A stretch of 53,655 bases of DNA from a virus. Its lineage: Duplodnaviria; Heunggongvirae; Uroviricota; Caudoviricetes. Below the pieces are notes generated by a model, which was given only the letters and a program-made list of their open reading frames with translations, had not been told where the DNA came from and ran no database searches. A program made the translations under genes and the position numbers. Shown one piece after another: positions 20,376 to 29,877 of the stretch. Position 1 is the first letter of the stretch. Each line of letters opens with the position of its first letter. Location of the stretch: IMG/VR virus record IMGVR_UViG_643348545_000009, positions 1 through 53,655 of that record; one strand, given 5' to 3'.

Positions 20376-20818
20376 CGTCTCAGCACCTCATCAATGGCCC
20401 GGTTCATACGCGCAATTGCCACCTGAGCTGCCTGTTCACTGCGCACATCAAACGCCGGGCGCACAAACGGGTGCGGTGGCATATTCACGGTCCCCATTTC
20501 CACAAACCGCCAGTAGAAAGCATTGCGCGGGTTATCCGCCTTCATGGTGTTATCGCTGTTACCGGTATCCGGATTAACACCACGGATATGGACACCGGAT
20601 TCCATCCCGCCATCGCGGGAGCGCCGGGAAAGGACCACCACATTGCGGCGCAGTTTTCCCCTGCGCACCGGTGCCCGTGACACCACTTCTTCTTTCAGTT
20701 CATTCGCCCCCGCGCGGGTTGCCTCACGCAGTACCCGGTTGTTTTCTGCACCACTCAGAAGCTGCAAATCACGGCTTATTTCTTCAAGTCCCGAAAAATC
20801 CAGCAGGGTTTCGATCAT
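20372..20818 (-). CDS. HK97 gp10-like tail completion protein
   Basis: 148 aa; N-terminus MIETLLDFSGLEEISRDL… and position consistent with gp10 family. Confidence 0.6.
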   Translation of the reverse strand: MIETLLDFSGLEEISRDLQLLSGAENNRVLREATRAGANELKEEVVSRAPVRRGKLRRNVVVLSRRSRDGGMESGVHIRGVNPDTGNSDNTMKADNPRNAFYWRFVEMGTVNMPPHPFVRPAFDVRSEQAAQVAIARMNRAIDEVLRR

Positions 20819-21165
20819 TTTTCCCCTCCCAGCCGACAGAGAATTTCCAGGCGCCCGCCGGTCGCATCCGGCACGGGCACCCCGACAACATTCAGGATAC
20901 AGTCACGCCAGGGACCACTCAGCACATGAAGTCGTGACGCCGCCGTGATTTCCCGACCGGACTGACCGCGCACCCAGATGCGGATTTCCGCCTGCGCCAT
21001 TTCCGCACCGGACTGCATCCGCTCCCGGCTGCTCCTGCCCCGGATATCCGCATGAATTTTCCCGCATGACACCCATTCTTCCGTCATTTCTCCGGCAGCA
21101 TTACGGGTTAACACCGGGTTCAGAATGCTTATCATCTGTGTCAGACGCCCTGCAGAAATTGCCAT
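20815..21165 (-). CDS. Head-tail adaptor / head closure protein
   Basis: 116 aa; ILNPVLTRNAAGEMTEEW… pattern typical of head-tail joining proteins; overlapping stop/start with neighbours. Confidence 0.6.
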   Translation of the reverse strand: MAISAGRLTQMISILNPVLTRNAAGEMTEEWVSCGKIHADIRGRSSRERMQSGAEMAQAEIRIWVRGQSGREITAASRLHVLSGPWRDCILNVVGVPVPDATGGRLEILCRLGGEK

Positions 21166-21174
21166 TCCCCCTCC

Positions 21175-21501
21175 TCATAACACCGTCGGGCAACGCAAAT
21201 CGTAAATCAGCACGGACACAGAAAACGGCAGTTCCCCCTGCACGAGGTCTTCCCGCTCAGCAAGATCCGGATTCCGGTACAACATCCCGGTCAGGCGCAT
21301 GGCAGCCCCCTTCATCCGGGTTAATGCCTCGCCCGGGATCAGTTCACCGTCCTCACGGATCACCCTATCCCGGCTGCCCTGAATGTAGGCCAGCAGCACA
21401 GCTGTAGCCTGACGAACCTTGTCCATCAGCATGTCATCATCCGCGTCATGGTCAACACGCAAATGTGCCTTGATTTCTTCCAGTGTCAGTAATGCCGTCA
21501 T
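21175..21501 (-). CDS. gp6-like head-tail connector protein
   Basis: 108 aa; MTALLTLEEIKAHLRVDHDADDDMLMDKV… typical gp6-like N-terminus. Confidence 0.65.
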   Translation of the reverse strand: MTALLTLEEIKAHLRVDHDADDDMLMDKVRQATAVLLAYIQGSRDRVIREDGELIPGEALTRMKGAAMRLTGMLYRNPDLAEREDLVQGELPFSVSVLIYDLRCPTVL

Positions 21502-22721
21502 TTTCCGCCTCCTGCATCCCGCCCACGTTTTGCAGCCAGAGTCCAGCCGGATGAATGAATGTCTCCGGGCTTATCGCCGGTCATGCTGTTGCAGTGCCAC
21601 AACGAGCCGCCCCACGTCACTGTATCGCCGGGGTGGTAGATTTCACCGGCTCTGAACACACCGCGGTAGAGCATCACCGGCAGGGAAAATGTTTTTTCCG
21701 TACACTGACCACTGCTCTGCCGGATCACCACAGAGAACGACCGTTCACCAATCATGCTGACGTCAATATCCGCCACCCCGTCAACCAGGCATTCCCATCC
21801 CCGCATCCCGTGCGTTTTTTCATACGCCCGCCAGAGTCCGCCCTGGTGTGTGGCATACGTGCCCCGGGGAAAGGATTTTTGATCGTCAATGGCGGGGAGT
21901 ATTTCCAGTGCCGTGGCATCACGCCCGTCCTGCGGAACCGGCAGGGCACTCACCGCATCATTCACCGCCTTCTGCAGTACATCCGGATCGTAGTCACGAC
22001 CATCACGCGGGACTGGGATATGACTTACGGCCTCTTTCACCATCTGCTCAAGCATCGGACGCACATCATCCGGGGTGATACTTTTTCCGTCCGCCGGTAG
22101 CGGAATATTTGCGACCGCATCATTCACCGCCTTCTGCAGTACATCCGGATCGTAGTCACGACCATCACGCGGGACTGGGATATGACTTACGGCCTCTTTC
22201 ACCATCTGCTCAAGCATCGGACGCACATCATCCGGGGTGATACTTTTTCCGTCCGCCGGTAGCGGAATATTTGCGACCGCATCATTCACCGCCTTCTGCA
22301 GTACATCGGGATCATAGTCACGACCGTCGCGCGGAACAGGAATATGGCTTACCGCCTCCTTCACCATCTGTTCAAGCATCGGACGCACATCATCCGGGGT
22401 GATACTTTTTCCGTCCGCCGGTAGCGGAATATTTGCGACCGCATCATTCACCGCCTTCTGCAGAACATCGGGATCATAGTCACGACCATCACGCGGTACC
22501 GGAATGGCCCCCACCGCATCATCCACCATCGCCTGCAGAACAGAGCGAACCTCATCCAGCGTCACATGCTTCTGTAGTACCGCGGACAGGGAAGCCAGTT
22601 TCTCTTCAGACTGCTGCGCCTGCGCGGCTATTTTCCCCTCAAATGTGCGCTGTAAATCCGCCAGCACTGCGGAAAATTCTTCACCCAGCGCACGGATAAT
22701 GGACAGTTCACGTTCATTCAT
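21498..22721 (-). CDS. Virion-associated protein with tandem 54-aa repeats (head decoration or fibre candidate)
   Basis: 407 aa; coiled-coil N-terminus, about 3.3 copies of IPVPRDGRDYDPDVLQKAVNDAVANIPLPADGKSITPDDVRPMLEQMVKEAVSH, distinct C-terminal domain; sits between portal and connector genes. Confidence 0.55.
   Translation of the reverse strand: MNERELSIIRALGEEFSAVLADLQRTFEGKIAAQAQQSEEKLASLSAVLQKHVTLDEVRSVLQAMVDDAVGAIPVPRDGRDYDPDVLQKAVNDAVANIPLPADGKSITPDDVRPMLEQMVKEAVSHIPVPRDGRDYDPDVLQKAVNDAVANIPLPADGKSITPDDVRPMLEQMVKEAVSHIPVPRDGRDYDPDVLQKAVNDAVANIPLPADGKSITPDDVRPMLEQMVKEAVSHIPVPRDGRDYDPDVLQKAVNDAVSALPVPQDGRDATALEILPAIDDQKSFPRGTYATHQGGLWRAYEKTHGMRGWECLVDGVADIDVSMIGERSFSVVIRQSSGQCTEKTFSLPVMLYRGVFRAGEIYHPGDTVTWGGSLWHCNSMTGDKPGDIHSSGWTLAAKRGRDAGGGK
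21955..22500. repeat. Near-perfect 162-bp tandem repeat, about 3.3 copies, in-frame within the 407-aa CDS
   Basis: Unit boundaries (CATTCACCGCC…) at about 21959, 22121, 22283 and 22445; copies nearly identical. Confidence 0.85.
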
Positions 22722-24082
22722 TTTTTCAGAATCCCCCTGAACATCGCCTTCACCGCATCATGCTCTGTTTCAGTGATTGCCTTATTACCGTCAGATGCGC
22801 TGTCAGGCGGTTGCGCTAAGGCCGTTTTCCCGGTCGACGCGAACGGATCCTCACGGGCATCACGACGGGACAGCGCCTCCAGACTGTAGTTCTGCTGCTG
22901 AAGATACAGTGCATCACCTCCCGCAAGGGGCGGCAGGTTCTCACGTTTACGGGCCTCATTGGGCGTGAGAAGCGTATTTTTCACCGACTCACCCAGCGTT
23001 TTCATGCGCCGTTCGCTGTCCATTCTCAGCAGCGTGGTGACGTCAAACTCCGTACTCTCGTTTTCCCCCGTTTCCAGCGCCTCATCCAGTAACAGTTCAA
23101 TGGACTCAATCAGCGTCTGCAGGCACTGGGAATAATACTGCTGCTCCAGCGCCTCCACGTTGTCACTGGAAGGTGGCTGGCCAACGCCAATCTTGTAGGC
23201 CGGGACACGGAACACCGAACAGACAATTTCAGCGGTCATCTTCAGTTGTTCCACCGTCTGCGCATCCACCGGTGAAAACGTCGTGGGGTTGTATTTTGCC
23301 CCGTTGCTCAAAATGGCCGTTTTCCCCGCATTTTCGCCGGTATACCCGCTGTCCCAGTTGCTCTTCAGTTTTTTCGCATTTTCTTCCGTAATACTGCCGG
23401 GGATCTCAATCACCCCGGACGGCCTGCCGCCATTTCTGAAAAAAGACGTCGAATTTTCCTGAATATGATGCCCCTGCGTGGCCGCCAGCCCGGCGGCATA
23501 CACCGGCGGCAGCCCCACAAGCGGATGAAAAAAACAGTTAAACCGGTCGTGGATCACTTCCCGGGCAGGCACCGTCACCGCCTCCGTGATCCCGCAGTTC
23601 CGGTCCGGCGTGATGCGATAGAACACCTCGCCGTCATCCGCCACCAGAGGTTCAACCCGGCTCCAGTCCAGAATACGCAGTTCTTTGATCTGCCCCCGGG
23701 AGTTACGGATTTTCAGCACCACCGTATTGCCGTGACGCAGTTTGGCGTTCAGCCACAGTTCAAAAAACTGGATACGATTCTGCTGTGCATTGGGACGACG
23801 ACAGAGACGGGCAATATCCCCCTGCCGTTTTTCACGGCGGATCCCCTGTGTATCCGTCTGCATCAGGCGCAGCCGCATTTTGGCGATATCCTGGGATATC
23901 AGCGAAATGCAAGAAAACACCGCATGAAAGGAGAGGACACTTTCCGGATCGGCTTTCACACCCTGCTGCCAGGCGCCGGAAAAGGGCTCAGCCACCGCCT
24001 GAAACAGGCTGGTCCAGCCCGCCTCTCTTACGTCACGTCCTGATTTCTGGTTTTTTCGGGTTCGCCGTAAAAGGTTCCACAT
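22718..24082 (-). CDS. Portal protein, HK97 family
   Basis: 454 aa; …NAGKTAILSNGAKYNPTTFSPVDAQTVEQLKMTAEIVCSVFRVPAYKIGVG… matches the conserved HK97 portal core. Confidence 0.85.
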   Translation of the reverse strand: MWNLLRRTRKNQKSGRDVREAGWTSLFQAVAEPFSGAWQQGVKADPESVLSFHAVFSCISLISQDIAKMRLRLMQTDTQGIRREKRQGDIARLCRRPNAQQNRIQFFELWLNAKLRHGNTVVLKIRNSRGQIKELRILDWSRVEPLVADDGEVFYRITPDRNCGITEAVTVPAREVIHDRFNCFFHPLVGLPPVYAAGLAATQGHHIQENSTSFFRNGGRPSGVIEIPGSITEENAKKLKSNWDSGYTGENAGKTAILSNGAKYNPTTFSPVDAQTVEQLKMTAEIVCSVFRVPAYKIGVGQPPSSDNVEALEQQYYSQCLQTLIESIELLLDEALETGENESTEFDVTTLLRMDSERRMKTLGESVKNTLLTPNEARKRENLPPLAGGDALYLQQQNYSLEALSRRDAREDPFASTGKTALAQPPDSASDGNKAITETEHDAVKAMFRGILKK

Positions 24083-24249
24083 TCGCCATGCTCCGCATCA
24101 CGTTTCTTTTTCTGACCTGCCGGACGTCGCACCGTGATGTACTCCGCCTTTCCCAGGCGAACCAGCACCTCCGCACACGGCTGTGCCACATCACGGATAT
24201 CCCTGGCCCGGGCATCATGCGTGCCCTGCAGATATCGGATCTTTGCCAT
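24028..24249 (-). CDS. Hypothetical small protein between capsid and portal genes
   Basis: 73-aa ORF overlapping portal start by 55 nt; no recognisable domain. Confidence 0.2.
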   Translation of the reverse strand: MAKIRYLQGTHDARARDIRDVAQPCAEVLVRLGKAEYITVRRPAGQKKKRDAEHGECGTFYGEPEKTRNQDVT

Positions 24250-24293
24250 AACCTGTTACGGGAGGCGCACGCCTCCCGTCCTCCTTATCAGAC

Positions 24294-26231
24294 TCAGCCG
24301 CCGGACGCACTGCCGTAGTTCACTCCGGTGATCACCGCCACCGCCGCGGTACGGCGACGACGCCAGTTGATCCAGCGCTCCGCACGGATGGCCACACTGC
24401 CTGTCTGGAACATGGAAACCAGCTCCACCGGCGACGGCGTGGTACTGTCGCCGGTCGGCTCAGACTGCATTTCCAGTGATGCCTCGCGGGACATATCCAC
24501 TGCCACGCCGCCGTCATCCGCCAGATAAATATCCGGGGCATTCACCAGCACCAGCTGGTCACCCACGTACTGGGAGACAATCACCGGCAGCCCCTGGAAG
24601 GAGCCACCCAGCAGGGTCATGTCCGGGTATTCTTTCTGACCCAGCGCATTTTTACGCATGGACAGCGCCAGGGCATTGGTGCTGGACATCAGCCAGACAG
24701 CACCAGTGGGCTGCAGGTTTGCTGCCACAAACTGTCCAAACGCCGCCTCTGCATCCGCATCCGGGTTACCGCTTGATGCCGTGCCCTTCACATCATGGGT
24801 GATGGACGCCGGGGAGACATCTGCCACCGCCGCTTTTTTCGGGTCCACAAAGTCTGTATCCAGACGCGCCACCACCGCTTCCGCCAGCGCATTACGGACC
24901 AGTGCATCAGCAGCCGGACTGGAAAAACGGATCAATTCTTCCGTCAGTACCGCAATGGCCGACACCTTCGCATGACTGAAGGTGATGGATTCAAAATCAA
25001 ACTTCGTCAGGGGTTTTGCCTTACCCTCACCCACCCAGCCGGCAGCACCGCCCGACACCTGGGCGTGCACACGGATATTGAACGGCACCTGACGAAGTGC
25101 AGGGATCCCGCCCTGACCAAATCGCCCGATAATGGTCTGAGGACGCAGGTAATCAATAAAGTCCTGTGCGTATTCCTGATATTCAGACAGGCTGCCTGCC
25201 CACTGCGGATCCGTGGTGGTCCCCGCGCCCACTGCCGATTTCAGGACATGATGCAGACGACTGTCATCCGGATACTGACGACGGGCCACTTCCAGGGCTT
25301 CAGAGCGGACACCTTTAGCCGCAGCCAGCGATTTGGCAAAACGTGCGAAACCAATCCCCTTATCCAGTTTCTGCTCCACACGGATCACCGGCGCAGAAGC
25401 CACCGCGGCCACATTCCCGTTACCGGCCTGTTTCACCGGCTGCGCCGTGGCGGCCTTACCGGCTTCCAGTTCACGCAGGCGCTTCAGGTGCGCATCCACC
25501 TGACGTATTTCCGCTGCGGTGTTGTCGTAATGCTCTTCCTCCTCCACATCCAGCGTGCGCCCTTCCTCTGCGGCTTTGGTCATGACCTCCTCAAGGGAGG
25601 CTGCCAGTGCTGCACGCTTGTTTTCAAAACTTTTAATCTGTTCGCCAATATTCATTATGGTCTTTTCCTTATGAAAAACGGTTGTTGACTGTGCCGCAGC
25701 GCCGGCAGAAGATGCGATTTTCACCACCGGTTTCCGGTTGCCGGACGCGGCAGAAAACTGGCGGTCGTAAGATTTAATGGTCCGGATGGTGCATTCCGCA
25801 TTCGCGGGCACGGTGACGGCAGACACCTCCATCAGCTCCCAGCGCAGAAAATGCAGTCCGCCTCCGTCCAGAAAGGTGTATTCATGGGGACGGAAGCCCA
25901 CGGACAGCCCCCTGACCAGCCCGGTCTTAATGGCCGCCCAGGCCTCATCCAGCCGGGCAGCCAGTTGCGATGGCATATCCGGCACGGGCTTCGCCAGTGT
26001 TGCCGTGATTTCCAGCCCTTCGCTGACCCGGCGCACCGTACACTGCCCCACCGGGCGGGAATGGTCATGCTGCCAGAGAAACGGGATCGCACTGCCAAAC
26101 TCCGCGCCCTCCGGCTCCAGGATGTCACCATCCCGATCCGGAGAAGGCGTTGACGCAATCCCGGTGATCACCCGCTCATCCTCACTGAAGGATTTCACCG
26201 TCAGCAGGGAGCAGGCCCGTTTAAGAGTCAC
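24294..26231 (-). CDS. Fused prohead protease (HK97 S78-like) and major capsid protein
   Basis: 645 aa; N-terminal …FLWQHD…GLSVGFRP…VSAVTVPAN… protease-like, C-terminal …GGAAGWVGEGKAKP…ELIRFSSPAAD… HK97 capsid-like; GTG start with AGGAGG 5 nt upstream. Confidence 0.75.
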   Translation of the reverse strand: MTLKRACSLLTVKSFSEDERVITGIASTPSPDRDGDILEPEGAEFGSAIPFLWQHDHSRPVGQCTVRRVSEGLEITATLAKPVPDMPSQLAARLDEAWAAIKTGLVRGLSVGFRPHEYTFLDGGGLHFLRWELMEVSAVTVPANAECTIRTIKSYDRQFSAASGNRKPVVKIASSAGAAAQSTTVFHKEKTIMNIGEQIKSFENKRAALAASLEEVMTKAAEEGRTLDVEEEEHYDNTAAEIRQVDAHLKRLRELEAGKAATAQPVKQAGNGNVAAVASAPVIRVEQKLDKGIGFARFAKSLAAAKGVRSEALEVARRQYPDDSRLHHVLKSAVGAGTTTDPQWAGSLSEYQEYAQDFIDYLRPQTIIGRFGQGGIPALRQVPFNIRVHAQVSGGAAGWVGEGKAKPLTKFDFESITFSHAKVSAIAVLTEELIRFSSPAADALVRNALAEAVVARLDTDFVDPKKAAVADVSPASITHDVKGTASSGNPDADAEAAFGQFVAANLQPTGAVWLMSSTNALALSMRKNALGQKEYPDMTLLGGSFQGLPVIVSQYVGDQLVLVNAPDIYLADDGGVAVDMSREASLEMQSEPTGDSTTPSPVELVSMFQTGSVAIRAERWINWRRRRTAAVAVITGVNYGSASGG

Positions 26232-26294
26232 ATCAGCCTCCTGAAAATAAAAAAACCGCCGCAGCGGTCCATGATGGTTACAGGGTGAACAGGG

Positions 26295-27956
26295 TTATAT
26301 GAAAAAAACCGCATATTCTTTCTTTTTCGGCTCCGGATTCAGGGACATCAGGGATACCGCATTGAAGAGCGCCATCAGCGGGTCAATTTTCCCCCGCCCG
26401 CTGGCCTGTTTGGTAATAAGGATAGCGTTACCTTTAGGCTCCACCCGGGCATTGCCAACGCACCAGGCCATCAGTGGCTGACCACCATGCACCAGTACTC
26501 CCTCAGCCAGTTTGCGCTCGGTGGTTTTTATGGCCCCGCCCAGCTTCCAGCCCTGGCTTATCCCCACCACACTCTCATCGGGGATCCCGGCTTCCGCCAG
26601 TGAATCCAGAATCTGCCCCACGCCTGACGGGTCAATACCGATATGGTCCAGTAACTCAGCCTCATGAATGCGACGCACATACTCCGCCACTTCCGCCGTG
26701 TCATCCCCGACCCGACGGACAATGGTCATATCCCCACAGGCAACAAAATCCTGAAAACGGGCTGCCTCACTTTTTCGTCTGGCCACCGCGGTTTCATGTG
26801 CCCAGGCATGGCCCCAGCCCAGCCATTCGCGGGTCTCCCGGTCACGCCCAATCACATACATCCCCAGCAGATCATCCAGCCCTCCGCCGTCAATCCCCAC
26901 CGTCACCACATCAGCACGCTGCAGAATATCGTCCAGACTGATGCGCCTGCCCTGCTGCTCCCAGAAATCCGCCCCCGCCCAGCGGTCAGAACGCAGGGCA
27001 AGACCAATTTCCACATTGGCGTGTTTTGACATGAAACCGCGAAAAGTCTCTTCACCGGCTTCCCGGGCTTTACGGTACTCCCGGTACAGAAACGCCTCAT
27101 CCACCGAATAACCGAGATTCGGATTGACCATGGCGAGGTTTTCCATCAGCAGGTGCTCACCGCTCTCCACCATCTCCGGCGGATGCTCAAAAATCACCGG
27201 CAGAAAGTGCGGATCATGAATTTTGCCGTCACGCACATCCCGGGCGTACTGCAGTTTCTGCCTGAACACCCCGGCAGGCGGCTCATTCGACTGGGTGGTC
27301 GTATACACCACAAACCCTTCCGGGCGGGAGGCAAGGCCGCCTATGGCTTCACGTAACATGTCCTCCGCCTTGTACTGTTTGCCAAACAGCCATAACTCAT
27401 CAATCAGCGTACCCACGGACTTGATACCGGACACCGTATTCGGATCGGCTGCCACCACCTTCAGGGTGGTGTCCGTCACCCGGTGGGTGATGGTCCGGAT
27501 ATGCGTCTGTACCTGGCAGAGGTCATCCAGATCATCGTCGCGTCGTACCATATCCCGGGCAGGGTTGAAGGCGTTGGCTGCCACCTCCACGGTCGGGGCC
27601 AGAATGGTGTAGCCCGCCGCCTGCCGCCAGTTCAGTAACAGCGCCGTCATCATGATCCCGGCGGCCAGCGTGGACTTGCTGTTTTTTTTAGGTATCAGAA
27701 TGAACACTTCCTTGATATGGCGCACACCGGTCTGCGCATCGTAGGAGCCAAACAGGGCCGCCACCAGGTCAAACACCCACTGTGCACAGGACTCCCCGAA
27801 CGTCGGGCTGCCCGGTGCATCCACAATCCGCAGTTGTTTAAAAATCGCCAGGGCATGTGCGGCCTGCTCCGGATAAATCGGAGCCGGAATAATCGACAGC
27901 CCCTTTTTCAGGCGTACTGCCCAGTCCGGGCAGGCCGTGCTCCACCCTGGTATCAT
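26295..27956 (-). CDS. terL: Terminase large subunit
   Basis: 553 aa; ATPase and nuclease regions typical of HK97-type terminases; start ATG overlaps TerS stop (ATGA). Confidence 0.9.
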   Translation of the reverse strand: MIPGWSTACPDWAVRLKKGLSIIPAPIYPEQAAHALAIFKQLRIVDAPGSPTFGESCAQWVFDLVAALFGSYDAQTGVRHIKEVFILIPKKNSKSTLAAGIMMTALLLNWRQAAGYTILAPTVEVAANAFNPARDMVRRDDDLDDLCQVQTHIRTITHRVTDTTLKVVAADPNTVSGIKSVGTLIDELWLFGKQYKAEDMLREAIGGLASRPEGFVVYTTTQSNEPPAGVFRQKLQYARDVRDGKIHDPHFLPVIFEHPPEMVESGEHLLMENLAMVNPNLGYSVDEAFLYREYRKAREAGEETFRGFMSKHANVEIGLALRSDRWAGADFWEQQGRRISLDDILQRADVVTVGIDGGGLDDLLGMYVIGRDRETREWLGWGHAWAHETAVARRKSEAARFQDFVACGDMTIVRRVGDDTAEVAEYVRRIHEAELLDHIGIDPSGVGQILDSLAEAGIPDESVVGISQGWKLGGAIKTTERKLAEGVLVHGGQPLMAWCVGNARVEPKGNAILITKQASGRGKIDPLMALFNAVSLMSLNPEPKKKEYAVFFI

Positions 27957-28516
27957 CCGTTGCCCTCATTATCGTTATTCACCACCAGGCGGGGTGGTGG
28001 TGGCACCGCAAAACGGTTAGCCGCTTTTTTCGCCGCGTCACCTTTTGCCGATTTTTTACCGGCATCCCCTTTTTTATGGTGCGTGAACTGTGCCAGTCGC
28101 CAGGCCGCATCCAGTGCCAGTTTCGGGTCAATGCTCAGGTTTTCCACCAGGATCCTCCCCATCGCTTTTACCGGATCAGGAAGACCGTCTTCCATGTAAT
28201 CAATACCTGGTAGTGGTGTGAGACTTTGCCGGTCATCAGGCGGCAGTGAAACCGGGGTGTTCTTTTCCGCCGGAGGGGCTTCCTGATGGCACTCCTCCGT
28301 CTGCGTCTTTTTCTGCCGGTAAACAGGAACCTCATCCACCTCCACCGTCTCGCCCTGCTTACGGGCAATAAACGCGAGCACCTCCGGATCTTTTGCCAGC
28401 TGCGAGCCTTTAACCCTGGCGGTCTTCGCCGAATAACCGGCGGCAATGGCTGACGCTGTTTTGTTTTTCCCGGACATGAGCGCCAGCGCAAATTTTCGTT
28501 TTTGCGTTGTCAGCAC
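27953..28516 (-). CDS. terS: Terminase small subunit
   Basis: 187 aa; N-terminal …KRKFALALMSGKNKTASAIAAGYSAKTARVKGSQLAKDPEV… Terminase_2-like HTH; start codon uncertain (GTG at 28516). Confidence 0.75.
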   Translation of the reverse strand: MLTTQKRKFALALMSGKNKTASAIAAGYSAKTARVKGSQLAKDPEVLAFIARKQGETVEVDEVPVYRQKKTQTEECHQEAPPAEKNTPVSLPPDDRQSLTPLPGIDYMEDGLPDPVKAMGRILVENLSIDPKLALDAAWRLAQFTHHKKGDAGKKSAKGDAAKKAANRFAVPPPPRLVVNNDNEGNG

Positions 28517-28589
28517 AGCCTCCTCCCGGGTCCAGAACGCACTCAGCCGGGTATGGTTCAGCCCATTTTTCCCGGCGCCTCATGCCGCA

Positions 28590-28716
28590 AATGTTAACTG
28601 CTGCCTGGTTAACATTTGCTGAAAAAGCCAGTTAACATTTTTTCCATGCAACAAACTGAATAATAAAGATAAAAACCGAAAAAATGCCCGGACAGCCAGT
28701 TAACATGTTAACTGGC
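28590..28716. other. cos / terminase-recognition candidate: clustered GTTAAC-containing repeats
   Basis: TTAACAT-type motifs at 28591-28600, 28607-28618, 28629-28641 and a perfect 14-bp palindrome GTTAACATGTTAAC near 28699-28712, between HNH and terS. Confidence 0.35.
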
Positions 28717-28805
28717 CTGAAACGGGAATTTTTTCTCTGCGTGAGACGGGGCGCGGTGTCCGGGACGATCGTTTTTATCGCCGGATGATCCCCCCCCAGG
28801 GCGGG

Positions 28806-29171
28806 TCACAGTCCGATGATATCGTCTGCCCTGCCACGACCTCCGGACACTTCCGGCAACGTCGGGTCCGGCATACCACTCGCCGCTTCACTGGCTGACT
28901 TCTGGCGATGACATTCAGTACAGAGCGTCCAGAGATTCGTCTCCTCATTACCACCACCGAACTGAAGTGCAATTCGGTGATCGAGTTCACTGTCACAGAG
29001 GTCAACCACACGCCCACAGAGACAGCACTGCCCGGCGTCCCTCAGCCAGATATGACGCTTGAGGGAAACACGTGCACTGCCACTGACACGACGCTGTTCC
29101 CCCTTCAGAATATTCACCCGTCGGGTATTCAGTGTTTTGATTCTGCTCTGGAGTGTACGAAGCTCAGCCAT
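28806..29171 (-). CDS. HNH endonuclease (packaging-associated)
   Basis: 121 aa; …CCLCGRVVDLCDSELDHRIALQFGGGNEETNLWTLCTECHRQK… HNH motif; adjacent to cos-like region and terminase. Confidence 0.85.
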   Translation of the reverse strand: MAELRTLQSRIKTLNTRRVNILKGEQRRVSGSARVSLKRHIWLRDAGQCCLCGRVVDLCDSELDHRIALQFGGGNEETNLWTLCTECHRQKSASEAASGMPDPTLPEVSGGRGRADDIIGL

Positions 29172-29212
29172 GTAAAATCCCCGTCATATGGCAATCAGTA
29201 AAGGAAATAAAT

Positions 29213-29413
29213 ATGTCATCGAAAAACCGGACCCGCAGAACCACAACCCGCAATATCCGTTTCCCCAATCACATAATTGAACAGATCAACATCGCCCTTG
29301 AGCATAAAGGGTCCGGTAACTTTTCAGCGTGGGTTATTGAAGCCTGCAGGAGAAGGCTGGCAACAGATGCAACGCATCTGCGCCCGGCCAGCATGAAAAA
29401 TAACGAGAAATGA
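29213..29413 (+). CDS. Ribbon-helix-helix (CopG/Arc-like) DNA-binding protein
   Basis: 66 aa MSSKNRTRRTTTRNIRFPNHIIEQINIALEHKGSGNFSAWVIEACRRRL…; AAGGAA upstream of ATG 29213. Confidence 0.5.
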   Translation: MSSKNRTRRTTTRNIRFPNHIIEQINIALEHKGSGNFSAWVIEACRRRLATDATHLRPASMKNNEK

Positions 29414-29544
29414 ACGTTCGGTTACAGGAGCAGGTACCCACTGTCCTCCAACAATATTTCATCTTCATATCCGACGGAACAAGACTTACCCTGCCGGGAT
29501 GTACAGAATAACAACAGAGTGATAATTAATTTCTGATGAAATAA

Positions 29545-29877
29545 TCAGGGTGCAGAAGGACTAAAGATAAACGTTTTCTTCACGCCTTTACACGGCCTGT
29601 CCTTCTCAAATCGCCATTTTGCCATCGCCTTTACAACCTGCTCATCAAACAAATGGTGCGGCTCTGAACGGATAAACTCAATTCGGGTGACTGTACCATC
29701 AGCACCAATATCAAACTTCACATCAACCCGTCCCTTTATATAATTTGCCGCTGCATAGGCCGGATATTGTGGTAATGCCTTCACCAACTGTCGGGGCATA
29801 TCTGTTTTATGTTGCGTACAGCCCATAACCAGAGAAGACAACAAAATAATTAACGGAAGATTTCTTTTCATTTTCAT
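29545..29877 (-). CDS. Outer-membrane lipoprotein with TonB C-terminal domain
   Basis: Lipobox LVMGC with Thr at +2; …PQYPAYAAANYIKGRVDVKFDIGADGTVTRIEFIRSEPHHLFDEQVVKAMAKWRFE… aligns with TonB C-terminal domain (…PQYPARAQALRIEGQVKVKFDV…). Confidence 0.65.
   Translation of the reverse strand: MKMKRNLPLIILLSSLVMGCTQHKTDMPRQLVKALPQYPAYAAANYIKGRVDVKFDIGADGTVTRIEFIRSEPHHLFDEQVVKAMAKWRFEKDRPCKGVKKTFIFSPSAP

Noticed and set aside
21955-22500. Regular direct repeats considered as a possible CRISPR array
   Set aside because: The 162-bp units are contiguous with no spacers and lie in frame within a 407-aa ORF as repeated protein units; no cas genes nearby.
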